This document shows positions 7,605-17,500 of a DNA stretch of 32,000 nt, in pieces; position 1 is the first letter of the stretch; the number at the start of each line of letters is the position of its first letter. The notes under the pieces are model-generated. The model ran no database searches, had not been told where the DNA came from, and worked only from the letters and a program-made list of their open reading frames with translations. The translations under genes and the position numbers were made by a program. Location: positions 30,001 through 62,000 of the forward strand of contig JBAZMW010000001.1 in NCBI GenBank assembly GCA_041649575.1, written 5' to 3'. Source of the stretch: Patescibacteria group bacterium. GTDB lineage: Bacteria; Patescibacteriota; Patescibacteriia; 2-01-FULL-39-33.

Positions 7605-8498
7605 ATGCAAAAAGTATTTCTAAGAATAGGTTTAGTAGCTGTGATTTTGGCCTTTTTAACTTTGCCGGCCAAGGCCTATTATGATTTGGGCCGGCCGGCG
7701 GGATATGTTAATGATTACGCCGGAGTTTTAAGCGCGGCCGACAAAACGGCGCTGGAAAACAAATTGACGCAGTTCGAAGCGGATTCTTCCAATGAGATTG
7801 CCATAGCGACAATCAAGTCGCTCCAAGGCGATACGATAGAGAATTTTGCGGTGAAGTTATTCGAGTCTTGGAAGATCGGCAAAGAAGACAAGGATAACGG
7901 CGTCTTAATTTTGGTGGCGGTAGAGGACAGAAAAATGCGGGTTGAAGTTGGCTATGGCCTGGAAGGAGCGCTGACCGACGCCCAAAGTTATTGGGTAATC
8001 AACAACGTCATGAAGCCGGCTTTCAGAGAAAGTAACTATTACGGAGGTCTTAATGGAGCCGTAGATAAAATAGTTGACGCCACCAAGGGCGAATATGTAC
8101 CCAGCGAAACTCCAAAAAATTCTGAAGAGGGGGGTTTGTTAAATATCGTTTTTGGCTTGATCTGGCCTTTCGCTTTTATTTTGATATTTTTAGCCAGTAT
8201 TTTGTCGAGGAGCAAATCGTGGTGGGCCGGAGGAATAATTGGCTTAGTTATAGGGGTGGTGGTCGGATTGTTCGTCGGTTTCATTTGGGGTGTGGTTGGC
8301 GTTTTGATCCTGACGCCCCTGGGCCTGTTGTTTGATTTTTTTGTTTCCAAACAATATCAAAAGGGCAAAGCTTCGGGACATTATCCCTGGTGGATTGGGG
8401 GGCGCGGCGGATTTGGCGGCGGCGGTAGCGGCGGCGGCGGTTTTGGCGGATTTGGCGGCGGCAGTTCGGGTGGTGGCGGAGCGAGCGGTGGGTGGTAA
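7605..8498 (+). CDS. TPM domain-containing protein (YgcG family), membrane-anchored with Gly/Ser-rich C-terminus
   Basis: GRPAGYVNDYAGVLSAADKTALENKLTQFEADSSNEIAIATIKSLQGDTIENFAVKLFESWKIGKEDKDNGVLILVAVEDRKMRVEVGYGLEGALTDAQ, then TM helices and a GGGFGG-type tail. Confidence 0.93.
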   Translation: MQKVFLRIGLVAVILAFLTLPAKAYYDLGRPAGYVNDYAGVLSAADKTALENKLTQFEADSSNEIAIATIKSLQGDTIENFAVKLFESWKIGKEDKDNGVLILVAVEDRKMRVEVGYGLEGALTDAQSYWVINNVMKPAFRESNYYGGLNGAVDKIVDATKGEYVPSETPKNSEEGGLLNIVFGLIWPFAFILIFLASILSRSKSWWAGGIIGLVIGVVVGLFVGFIWGVVGVLILTPLGLLFDFFVSKQYQKGKASGHYPWWIGGRGGFGGGGSGGGGFGGFGGGSSGGGGASGGW

Positions 8499-8503
8499 AA
8501 AAT

Positions 8504-8899
8504 ATGGAAAACAAATACAAAGGCGTAATAATAGAAGAAAGCCTAGAAGACAAAACTGTTTTAGGAAGTGTCAGTATTTTGGATACGAAAATAGAAGAAG
8601 TAACTAAAAAACATAGAACTCCATGGGTTACTAAGTGGACTTTGCACACTGTAGAAATACCCGAGGATAGAGTTGAGATTATTACAGGACAAATCAGTGA
8701 ATCTTTAGATAAAAACCACGCCTGGTATGCCGATTTTAAAAATAGAGAGCATCATTACATTGTTTTCCGTGGTAAGGTTTTCTTTGTTGACCGATACAGT
8801 AAAGAACAATATGACGAGGCAAAGAAATATGGAATTTCATTGGGTATTCCGGAATATCAGGTTGATTTTCATCCAGAGGTGAAAGAGTGGGAGAGATAG
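8504..8899 (+). CDS. Hypothetical protein (no family recognised from sequence)
   Basis: Continuous ORF MENKYKGVIIEESLEDKTVLGSVSILDTKIEEV...; ATG 8504 preferred over upstream GTG 8492 inside the Gly-rich tail region of the previous gene. Confidence 0.75.
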   Translation: MENKYKGVIIEESLEDKTVLGSVSILDTKIEEVTKKHRTPWVTKWTLHTVEIPEDRVEIITGQISESLDKNHAWYADFKNREHHYIVFRGKVFFVDRYSKEQYDEAKKYGISLGIPEYQVDFHPEVKEWER

Positions 8900-8933
8900 G
8901 GTTTACATAATTATTTAGATCAAATACTACGGA

Positions 8934-8951
8934 GACGCGTGCAAGCGCGTC
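8934..8951. terminator. GC-rich hairpin, probable terminator or repeat copy
   Basis: GACGCG-TGCAAG-CGCGTC within GGAGACGCGTGCAAGCGCGTCCC, followed by TGTATTTTTTGG. Confidence 0.5.
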
Positions 8952-9031
8952 CCTGTATTTTTTGGCTGATTTTTGCTATAATTTATCCTGTTAGACAAAA
9001 TTTTAAATTTTTTATTTGTCTTGCAATATGT

Positions 9032-9286
9032 ATGTATTATGTCTATATTTTGGAATCTATAAAAGATAAAAAATTCTATACTGGCTTTACTAAAAATTTA
9101 AAATTTAGATTTGAGCAACATCAAAAAGGATTGGTTGACTCTACTAAGAATAGGAAACCGTTTAAATTAATTTACTATGAGGCTTGTCTTAACCAGCAGG
9201 ATGCTACTAGGAGAGAAAAGTACCTAAAAACGATTTATGGCAAAAGATACCTCAAGAATCGGCTCGAATCTTATCTAACAGGATGA
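9032..9286 (+). CDS. Small GIY-YIG endonuclease domain protein
   Basis: MYYVYILESIKDKKFYTGFTKNLKFRFEQHQKGLVDSTKNRKPFKLIYYEACLNQQDATRREKYLKTIYGKRYLKNRL. ATG 9032 fits the domain start; the track start at 8939 lies within the hairpin. Confidence 0.88.
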   Translation: MYYVYILESIKDKKFYTGFTKNLKFRFEQHQKGLVDSTKNRKPFKLIYYEACLNQQDATRREKYLKTIYGKRYLKNRLESYLTG

Positions 9287-9290
9287 ATTA

Positions 9291-10415
9291 ATGAAAGTAA
9301 TTTTTGGAGAAAGCTTGGGTCAGGAAAAGTGGGACGAATTTATCAAAAATAATTCGTCTGATTTTGGTTTATTGCAATCAGCTGGTTGGGCTAAGTTTCA
9401 GAGAAGCTTGGGCCGGCAAGTTTTTCAGTTAGCAGCGGCCGATGAACAGCAAAATATTTTGGCCGTAGCATTAATAATTAAGCAGAAGCTACCACTAGGA
9501 AAAAGTTATTTTTATATTCCACGTGGGCCAGTTGTGGTTGTCATTGCGAGCGAAGCGAAGCAATCCCAAGTAATAATGGATAACACGGGATCGCCACCTG
9601 TCTCGCATGCCTTTGGCAAAGCCTTCGGCGACGCCAGGCCGAGCCTAGGCGGACGGTCGCTATCGCTTCCTCGCGATGACATTTTGAGTAGTTTGTTTTC
9701 TGAAATTGAGAATTTGGCTAAAAAAGAAAAAGCGATTTTTTTAAGATTGGATCCGGCCTGGGAAAACAGCGAGGCCAGTCTGAATTATTTTAAAAAGCAA
9801 AAATTAAAATTTTCCGGACAGGTTCAGCCAAAACAAACACTAATTTTAGACTTAACCAAATCAGAAGAAGAATTATTGGCGCAAATGAAACCAAAAACCC
9901 GCTATAATATCAAAGTGGCGCAAAAGCATTGTTTAAAAATTGACGAAGGTGAGCATTATTTTGAAAATTTTTGGCAATTAATGAAAAAAACTGCCAAACG
10001 CGACAACTTTTCGACTCATAGCAGAGAGTATTACTATAAAATGGTCGAAAACCTAGCGTCGGATAAAGTTGTCAGACTAGTGGTGGCCAAAGACGGCGAC
10101 AGAGTTATCGCCGCTAATCTAATGGTAGCTTTCGGCTACTGGTGCGTTTATTTGCACGGCGCTTCCGATTATGGCTCTCGGGAAAAAATGGCGCCCTATT
10201 TGTTGCAGTGGGAGGCGATTTTATCGGCCAAAGCCAAAAACAAAAAATATTATGATTTTTGGGGCGTGGACGAAGACAGCTGGCCGGGGGTGACGCGGTT
10301 TAAGACCGGTTTTGCTCTTAAACAGGGTTTCACCCAATATGTTGGCAGCTGGGATTTAGTGTATAATAAAAGGTGGTATGGTCTATACCGGGCTCTGAAA
10401 AAAATAAAAAGCTAG
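9291..10415 (+). CDS. FemAB-family peptidoglycan bridge aminoacyltransferase, interrupted in frame by a repeat element
   Basis: GWAKFQRSLG..., YFYIPRGPVVV..., NTRYNIKVAQKHCLKI..., LVVAKDGDRVIAANLMVAFGYWCVYLHGASDYGSREKMAPYLLQWEAI..., YYDFWGVDEDSWPGVTRFKTGFALKQGFTQYVGSWDLVYNKRWYGLY. Confidence 0.92.
   Translation: MKVIFGESLGQEKWDEFIKNNSSDFGLLQSAGWAKFQRSLGRQVFQLAAADEQQNILAVALIIKQKLPLGKSYFYIPRGPVVVVIASEAKQSQVIMDNTGSPPVSHAFGKAFGDARPSLGGRSLSLPRDDILSSLFSEIENLAKKEKAIFLRLDPAWENSEASLNYFKKQKLKFSGQVQPKQTLILDLTKSEEELLAQMKPKTRYNIKVAQKHCLKIDEGEHYFENFWQLMKKTAKRDNFSTHSREYYYKMVENLASDKVVRLVVAKDGDRVIAANLMVAFGYWCVYLHGASDYGSREKMAPYLLQWEAILSAKAKNKKYYDFWGVDEDSWPGVTRFKTGFALKQGFTQYVGSWDLVYNKRWYGLYRALKKIKS
9540..9680. 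repeat. 141-bp palindromic repeat-like element inserted in frame in the FemAB-family CDS
   Basis: Imperfect terminal inverted repeats GTCATTGCGAG (9540-9550) and CTCGCGATGAC (9670-9680). It encodes the low-complexity segment VIASEAKQSQ...LSLPRDD between conserved FemAB blocks. Confidence 0.8.
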
Positions 10416-10421
10416 ACTTTT

Positions 10422-11612
10422 ATGGCCGATAAAATTAGAGATTTAATTTTATCTTGTTTCCCCCGCCAGCTTAACCGGCAGATCAAGGAGTTGTATCTTT
10501 CTTCGATAATTTTGGTCTTCGCCGAGTCGATGGTTATCATCTTCGAGCCGGTTTTTTTGTACACTATTTTTTTTAAGTCCCACGGATTTAAAGGCTCGTT
10601 GCAACTCTTGTTGTGTTTTTATCTGGTGATTTATCTGCTTTATTTCGCCGTCTTGCCTTTGGGGGCTCGTTTTGCCAAGCGTTTTGGCTACGAATCTTCC
10701 ATTGCTTTGGGAGTTTTTTTTACGGCGTTGCTTTACGGCAGCTTGTTTATGATCAGTAAATTTTTCTGGCCCTTTACAGTTCTGACCATAATTTTTTATG
10801 TTTTGGCTAAAATGTTTTATTGGCCGGCCTATCACGCCAATTTTGCCCGCTTTTCGGCTTCGGGCCAACGCGGTCGACAAATTAGCAATTTGGCCATTTT
10901 GGAAACCATAGTTTGCATCGTCGGTCCGCTACTGGGCGGCTTGATTCTGAAATTTTTCGGCTTTGAGTTTTTGTTTATTATCGCCTGCGCCTTGATAATT
11001 ATTTCCAACATTCCCCTACTTATCACCAGGGAACAATTCGAGCCGAAACCTTTCGAGTATTTTAAAGTCTATAAAGATTTATTTTCTCGGGAAAGAAGAA
11101 AAAAGTTTTTTTCCCTGTGGGGCTATGGCGAAGAATTCATCACCATGGTCGTTTGGCCAGTGTTTATTTTCACAGTGGTTAAAGATTTCTTAGGCTTGGG
11201 CGCTTTGACGGCTTTTTCTTTGTTTTTAACCACCATTGTCTTTTTATTCATCGGCAGAATCACCGATCGACAAGAAGGCCGGCTAGTTATGCGCTACGGC
11301 ACAATTTTCTATTCTTTTAGCTGGCTGTTGCGCCTGATCTCTCGGGGTGTTTTGGGAGTTTTTTTAATTGACAGCTATTCCCGATTGGCCAAGCAATCAA
11401 TCTCAGTGCCCACGGTGGCCTTGACTTATTCCAAGGCGACACGAAAAGATTCGTCGGTGATGGGGACAATAGTTTTTTTTGAGATGTCTCTGGTGGTTGG
11501 CAAAATCGTTACCATGTTGGCGGCCTTAGTCTTGTTGCAAATCTTTACTCCAGGCTGGAACTCGATGTTTATTCTGGCCGGACTGATGACTTTACTTTAT
11601 TTACTTTTTTAA
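10422..11612 (+). CDS. Major facilitator superfamily transporter
   Basis: About 12 hydrophobic helices; motifs such as FFLFLTTIVFLFIGRITDRQEGRLVMRYG (MFS loop 2-3 style) and FAKRFGYESSIALGVFFTALLYG. Confidence 0.8.
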   Translation: MADKIRDLILSCFPRQLNRQIKELYLSSIILVFAESMVIIFEPVFLYTIFFKSHGFKGSLQLLLCFYLVIYLLYFAVLPLGARFAKRFGYESSIALGVFFTALLYGSLFMISKFFWPFTVLTIIFYVLAKMFYWPAYHANFARFSASGQRGRQISNLAILETIVCIVGPLLGGLILKFFGFEFLFIIACALIIISNIPLLITREQFEPKPFEYFKVYKDLFSRERRKKFFSLWGYGEEFITMVVWPVFIFTVVKDFLGLGALTAFSLFLTTIVFLFIGRITDRQEGRLVMRYGTIFYSFSWLLRLISRGVLGVFLIDSYSRLAKQSISVPTVALTYSKATRKDSSVMGTIVFFEMSLVVGKIVTMLAALVLLQIFTPGWNSMFILAGLMTLLYLLF

Positions 11613-11615
11613 TTT

Positions 11616-12668
11616 ATGAAAAGATTGGATTTTTTGGATTATTGGCGCGGTTGGGCGATAGTGCTGATGGTTTTCAATCATACGGCTCGCTGGTGGCTTG
11701 AATCAGCGACGCTGGGAGCCCTTCAGGAACGGGTGGTTTATTTTACAGTGACTCTGGCAGCGCCATTTTTTTTGTTTTTAGTCGGTTTTTCTTTGGCCTT
11801 ATCTTTTTTTAGAGCCAGAGAGGCAAAACGGCTGCCGTCGGCAAAAATTGTGGTCAAATATTTAAAAAGAGGTTTATTTATCATTATTTTGGGCTATGTT
11901 TTTAATTTTTTAATTTTGACCAGCCAAAATTCGATTCTGCGTGGCCAGGTTTTGCAAGCGATAGGCTCGACCATTATTCTGGCCATACCTTTTTTATTTT
12001 TGAGCCAGAAAAAATTTTTTCAGTTTGTTTTTTTGGCGCTGGCCTTGGCCATTGTCTTTTTTGGGCCGATAGCCTTTAGTCTCTCGGTCTCGGCGCCACT
12101 ACTGGAAAAAATAAATTGGTTTTTTACAGCCTTCCCCCTGATTCCTTGGTTTGGTTTTGCGCTGCTGGGCCTGGTTTTGGGCCGTATTTTTTTGGAGCTT
12201 CGAGATAATCAAAAAAAACTGGCCTGGTTTTTTGGTGTTCTGGGTTTTTTGGGAGTAATTGGTTTGGCCATAGCGTTTGTCGGTAAAGAATTATTTTTGG
12301 ATGGTTACTTTTTCGCTTTCGGCCATGATTTTGTCGTCAACGCCTGGTGGGCACCAAAGGGATTGACGGTCTTTTGGGTTTTGGGAATGATTTTTATATT
12401 CTTGGTCGGGTGTTATTTTTTGGATCAATTCGGGAAATGGCGAATAACTTGGCTGAAAAATTTAGGCCAGACGGCTTTAATGATTTATTTTGCGCATCAT
12501 TTGATCGGTTTGGATTTATTAAGCTACGTTTTTAATTTTAAACTGGCAACACCCGTTGGTTATTTTTGCGCCAGTCTGGTTTTTTTGGTGATACTGGTAT
12601 TCTCAAGCGGGTGTTGGCTTGAACTAATTAATTATCTTAAAAAAAAGTTTGACTATCGCCGAAGCTAA
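11616..12668 (+). CDS. Polytopic membrane acyltransferase, DUF1624/HGSNAT-like
   Basis: MKRLDFLDYWRGWAIVLMVFNHTARWW... with PFFLFLVGFSLALSFFRAREAKR and multiple TM helices; HGSNAT/OpgC-type N-terminal motif. Confidence 0.8.
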   Translation: MKRLDFLDYWRGWAIVLMVFNHTARWWLESATLGALQERVVYFTVTLAAPFFLFLVGFSLALSFFRAREAKRLPSAKIVVKYLKRGLFIIILGYVFNFLILTSQNSILRGQVLQAIGSTIILAIPFLFLSQKKFFQFVFLALALAIVFFGPIAFSLSVSAPLLEKINWFFTAFPLIPWFGFALLGLVLGRIFLELRDNQKKLAWFFGVLGFLGVIGLAIAFVGKELFLDGYFFAFGHDFVVNAWWAPKGLTVFWVLGMIFIFLVGCYFLDQFGKWRITWLKNLGQTALMIYFAHHLIGLDLLSYVFNFKLATPVGYFCASLVFLVILVFSSGCWLELINYLKKKFDYRRS

Positions 12669-13485
12669 ATCAATCAGCGCCAGAATCGGCTTGTCTCCCA
12701 GCAGAGCCAAAGGCCAAAATTTTTTGGTCGACCAAAATATTATCGACAGGATAATTAAGTCGGCCGATCTTGGCAAAGCCGAGACGGTTTTGGAGGTTGG
12801 GCCGGGTTTTGGCGTTTTGACCAGAGAGCTGGTCAAAGAGGCGGGCCAGGTGGTGGCGGTGGAACTGGACAAAAAACTTTTTGATTTTTTGCAGAAAGAA
12901 TTGGGGCAAAATAAAAATTTAAAACTGCTTAACGCCGATATTTTGAAAAACGATCCAGGGGCAATGGGTTTGTCGGCGTTTGGCTATCGGGTGGTGGCCA
13001 ACCTGCCTTACAATATCACTTCCTTTTTTTTGCGGCGATTTTTGGAAAGCCCGACCAAGCCCCGTGAAATGATGCTAATGGTGCAAAAAGAAGTGGCTCA
13101 AAGGCTTATGGCCAAACCAGGGAAAAACAATTTACTTTCTCTCTCGGTGCAATTCTATGGCGAGAGTCAAATTTTATTTGAAGTCAAAAAAGAATCTTTT
13201 TGGCCCGAGCCGCAAGTGGATTCGGCAGTGATTAAAATAAAATTAAAAAAAGATTTGCCAGAAATTGACGCCAAATATTTTTTCAGGGTTTTGAGGGTCG
13301 GTTTTTCGGCCAAAAGGAAGCAGTTACAGAACAATTTAGCGGCCGGTTTTTGTCTAAAAAACTCTAAAATTAGAGAAATTTTGGCTGCTATTGGGTTGGA
13401 AGAAAAAATCAGGGCGCAGGAGCTCGCTTTAGACAAGTGGCTCAATTTGGCTAACCAATTAAAAGATCAGATTTTGCTGAAATAA
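12649..13485 (+). CDS. rsmA: 16S rRNA (adenine1518-N6/adenine1519-N6) dimethyltransferase
   Basis: KGQNFLVDQNIIDRIIKSADLGKAETVLEVGPGFGVLTRELVKEAGQVVAVELDKKL..., RVVANLPYNITSFFLRR. TTG start overlaps the end of the previous gene. Confidence 0.96.
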   Translation: MTIAEAKSISARIGLSPSRAKGQNFLVDQNIIDRIIKSADLGKAETVLEVGPGFGVLTRELVKEAGQVVAVELDKKLFDFLQKELGQNKNLKLLNADILKNDPGAMGLSAFGYRVVANLPYNITSFFLRRFLESPTKPREMMLMVQKEVAQRLMAKPGKNNLLSLSVQFYGESQILFEVKKESFWPEPQVDSAVIKIKLKKDLPEIDAKYFFRVLRVGFSAKRKQLQNNLAAGFCLKNSKIREILAAIGLEEKIRAQELALDKWLNLANQLKDQILLK

Positions 13486-13536
13486 AAAAGTAAAAAAAGT
13501 AAAAAGAGGTATTGGGTGTTTTTTAGTTTTTTATGT

Positions 13537-13542
13537 TATAAT
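13537..13542 (+). promoter_or_regulatory. Possible -10 box upstream of the surface/secretion locus
   Basis: TATAAT in GTTATAATATAAATAG within an AT-rich intergenic region; a second -10-like TATACT lies at 13572-13577. No convincing -35. Confidence 0.35.
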
Positions 13543-13609
13543 ATAAATAGTACCTTTCCTCTTTTTTGTGTTATACTATTAGTAATCGGATATATTTATT
13601 CACAACCAA

Positions 13610-14545
13610 ATGGAAGGCGACCGACAGGAGGAGTCAATTTTGAGCGATAACTCGGATTTAGAGTTAAAATCCCCATACAAAAGGGGTAATTTTTCTGTTG
13701 TTGGCCGCTCAAAACCAGAAAAAATTATTTCGGTAGCGGTGGTGGTGATGATTTTGGTGGCACTTTTTTTTGCCTATTACCAGCTGGCTAGCAGTTTTAA
13801 GAAGCCTTTTGTTAATTTTAGTCAGTTGGCGGCTAGTAGTAATACTTCCTGTTCTGACGGCAGTTGCTCTGGAGAGAATTCGGCCTCGGAAGAAGAACTA
13901 AAAAATACTGACACAGACGGAGACGGCCTTTCTGATTATGATGAGCTAAACGTTTATAAGACCAGCCCCTACCTAGAGGATACCGATAGCGACGGCACCA
14001 GCGATAAACAGGAAGTGCAGTTGGGGTACGACCCAAACTGTCCCGGTAAGAACCCTTGTTTTGGCTTCAATTTTGATGCTGTCAGCCAAGCCGCTTCGAC
14101 CACGGCGCCGTCTTTTCAGATCATGCCTAGCACCCCAGTTCAGCAAATAACTCCTGATTTTTTGCGTCAGCAGCTGAAAGCCAGCGGCGCTACCGAAGAA
14201 CAATTAGCCCAGTTTAGCGATGCCGAGCTTTTGGCCATGTATGAGGAATATGTGGCCGAAACGGGGAGCCAGAATACCCAAGCGGGACAGGCCGGCAGTC
14301 AGACAAATTCTGGCGGCACTGGCACCAATAATTCTTTGCAGCCTAGCGGCAATATCGATTTAAGCCAGCTTAATGTGCAGTCGGTAGACGATCTTAAAAA
14401 ATTAACAGGGGCGCAAATCAGACAACTAATGATTCAGCAGGGCGCGCCGGCCGAGACCTTGTCCCAAGTCAGCGACGACAAGCTTAAGGAAATGTTCTTG
14501 GCGCAGCTGGAGAGTAAATTAAGCGAGACAAATACTAATAAATAA
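13610..14545 (+). CDS. Membrane-anchored surface protein with thrombospondin-type-3/EF-hand-like Ca-binding repeats (likely true start TTG 13640)
   Basis: TM segment IISVAVVVMILVALFFAYYQLA; DTDGDGLSDYDELNVYKTSPYLEDTDSDGTSDKQEVQLGYDPN; an in-frame TTG at 13640 is preceded by AGGAGG (13626-13631). Confidence 0.8.
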   Translation: MEGDRQEESILSDNSDLELKSPYKRGNFSVVGRSKPEKIISVAVVVMILVALFFAYYQLASSFKKPFVNFSQLAASSNTSCSDGSCSGENSASEEELKNTDTDGDGLSDYDELNVYKTSPYLEDTDSDGTSDKQEVQLGYDPNCPGKNPCFGFNFDAVSQAASTTAPSFQIMPSTPVQQITPDFLRQQLKASGATEEQLAQFSDAELLAMYEEYVAETGSQNTQAGQAGSQTNSGGTGTNNSLQPSGNIDLSQLNVQSVDDLKKLTGAQIRQLMIQQGAPAETLSQVSDDKLKEMFLAQLESKLSETNTNK

Positions 14546-14566
14546 TTTTTTGAAGATAAATTTGCC

Positions 14567-17500
14567 ATGAATCCAGGAGAAGGAACAAAAAAGATAACGA
14601 AAAATCTATTTAACAAGGTGATAGTGGTTGGTTTTTTGTTAAGTTTTTTTATTCCAGCTTTGGTTATAGCGCAGGAGGTTGTTCCAGGAATTAGCGGCGT
14701 TAATGTGGCGGATGTGCACGATGAAAATGCTTTTAGGGTGGCTACGGAAGGAGGGGGAGATGCTGTGATTACTTGCAATAATTTTGTCGCTGGCGGTTTG
14801 GCAACATCCGGAGATATAGCCGCTTTAATTAAATGTATAGAAAGCGGGACTAAGGCGCAAAACAAAACGGTTGACAAGAATACCCTCAAGCAACTCAAGG
14901 CCTTGGAACAAAAGCAGCAGCGTGAAGAATTGTTCAGTAAAATGAAGGATGAGCTGAAAAAGAGCATGGCCGGCGCTTTTAAGACCATGCTACGGCAATT
15001 TTCCAAACAATTGGCTTATGACACGGCCGTTTGGGTAGCTTCTGGCGGCAAGGGGCAACAGCCGCTGTTTATGACCGAGGGTATCGGCGCTTATTTGCGA
15101 AATCAGCTAGATAATGCCCTGGGTGTGTTTTTGGACGAACTGGGCCGCTATTATGGCGTGGATGTCTGTACGCCAAATTTCCAGATTAGAGCGCTCCTGC
15201 CCGGTTATTTGGGCAGACCACAGGTGAGTGTTCGCTGTTCTTTTACTAAAATGATCAGTAATTGGCAGAGTGCGGCCCAAAATGCCAGCTTTGCCGTGGA
15301 GTACAGAAGATTTTTGAGGCCAGGAGAAAATGATATTTCTTCGCTACTAATGATTAAAACCGGTTTGAGCAACAAACTAGACCAAGAATTAAGAGATAGC
15401 GTTTTAAATGTTTTATCGAAAGATGGCTGGAAGGATGTTAAAGATTTTGCCGGCTGGGTTTTGACTCCGGGCACCATGGTGCGCAAGGCCACCGAAAACG
15501 CCATTGATCCCCAAAATACTTCGATAGCGGACTACACCTATACCGATACACTCTGGGATTTTATCGAAACTTTTTTGAACACGCTGACGGGAAAACTCTT
15601 AGAAAATTTAATGACTGGCTTTTTCAGCTCCGGCGGCAATACCCAAAATTTCACTACCGGTAATTCAAGCTCCAGTTTATTTAATCCTTTGGCGCAACCG
15701 TTTAGCGAGGGCCAAGAAGGAGCACAGGAAAGATTTCTGAGTCTGGTGGAGGGAAGTTTGCAGGTGGGCGGTGTTTACGATATTTTGAACAAACTGACCC
15801 AATGCCTGGATTCCAGTAAAAGCAATTTAGGGCCGACAGACTGTGTTATTGATCAGGCCCTGGCTCAAGCCATAAGAGAAAAAAAATTAGTCAAAGATTT
15901 ATCCGCGGATATTTTAAATCGTCAGTTCGCTCCCTCTATCTCGGCCAACATCAATCCGCAGACAGTTTTTACCTTAAGAAATATTGTTATCTTGAGAAAA
16001 TATCGAATCGTGCCTGTTGGCTGGGAAGTCGCCGCCAAACTGGTCAATGAAAAAGCCAAACAAATTTATACTTTGCGTCAGTTGATGGAGTGTTATAACG
16101 GCTGTGATCGTTTTGGCAAAGAAGAGGATTTTTGCGGCAATCCGGCCGTGGAAGACACCAGTAGCTGGTGCCGAGGACTGGTTGATCCCAACTGGGTCTT
16201 AAAGGCGCCGGAACTATTCTGCCGGCGGGAAGGATACGGGATCGAAAGCGGCGCCATTGATTCCCAGAACAGTGTCAGTCGGGATAAATATTGCGCCGAC
16301 GAACAGCAATGCATCAAAGAAGATGAAAAAGGCAATTGTTTGGCCTATGGTTATTGCACCAAAGAACGCCGGACTTGGGATTTTAATTCTTCCACCTGCG
16401 ACCCGAAATTCAACACTTGCTTTAATTTTAAATCGCGAACGGGAGCTGCCAACGCTTATTTGGCCAACACCCTTGATTATAGGGATTGCGACGCTCAAGT
16501 GGCTGGTTGTCGTTGGCTGGCTACGGCTTTGAATCCGGTTAGTAATTATTGGTTGAATCTAACCTATAAAACGAACGAGCTGGGCAAACCCAAGGAAGTC
16601 TTAAAGACCTGCAATAATCCTCTGGGTTGCGAGGTGACGGGAGCCAGCGCAGCTGCCGCTGTGACTTATGGCCACAACATTAGCCCCGATGCCAAAACGA
16701 TCCTTTCCCAGCCCTGCAATAAAAGCGCCGGCTGTTCTTACGAAACCAGTAAGTGCACCATTCCTAACGGTGGCGTCACTTGTTCGCCAATAAAAGCAGC
16801 TTGTGACGGCCAAAATAATATTTTGGCCGGTTATAATGGCAATTTTGCCAAATGCGCCTCTTGGAATGCGGAAAAGTGGGAAGAGGGCTGGGGCGGCTCG
16901 GAGAATAATCACCACGCTTGCGTTACTGGTGTTGGCGTGACCGGCAGTGGCATCAAAGACGACAAGGCCCTGGCCAGCTATACCCTGGGCCAGCAGGTAA
17001 GCTCGGCCTTAAGAGACATCTCGGTTGAGCCAAATAAAAAATACATTCTGACTTTTGAAGCCAAGAAAAGCGCTCTGGATGCTTATGGTGGAGTTACTAG
17101 GGGTTCGGTTGCTGTCAAAGTGGAGTTTACCGATACCAGCGGCAAGAAGACCGATCAAGGAGTTGTCTTGGCGGCCGATGATTTGAGCGATACTGGTTAT
17201 CGGACTTTTACTATTGGCAATATCAATAACGGTAATAATGACAAGTTTACCATCAAAGTGACGACCAACGCCGGTTCTTATGGCAGTTTCTATTTTGATG
17301 AATTTATTTTGCGGGAGGTGACGGAGAACTGTTTTGAGACCAACCTGGTTTTGACTAATGGCGTTCAAACGGAAGACGACAGCAACAAGGAAATTTATTT
17401 TGACCGCGACATTCAGTCTTGCGACGCCAAAGACGAGGGCTGTAGCCAATTTATTCGCACCAAGGCCGGGTTGGGCAGCAACTTAATACCCAACAGCGGT

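Noticed and set aside
8400-8498. GGCGGCGG-type repeats as a possible tandem repeat or CRISPR-like array
   Set aside because: They encode the Gly-rich C-terminus of the TPM-domain protein; no spacer/repeat structure.
8281-8649. Overlapping ORFs 8281..8649 - and 8332..8607 +
   Set aside because: They overlap the TPM-domain gene and the 8504..8899 gene, and their proteins are Arg-rich low-complexity readings of GC-rich repeats.
17009-17449. Long antisense ORFs across the giant gene (also 18761..19216, 19820..20083, 20087..20473, 22664..23137, 23405..23974)
   Set aside because: They lie fully antisense to a well-supported 3865-aa ORF, encode low-complexity or compositionally odd peptides with no recognisable family, and are expected by chance opposite a long biased ORF.
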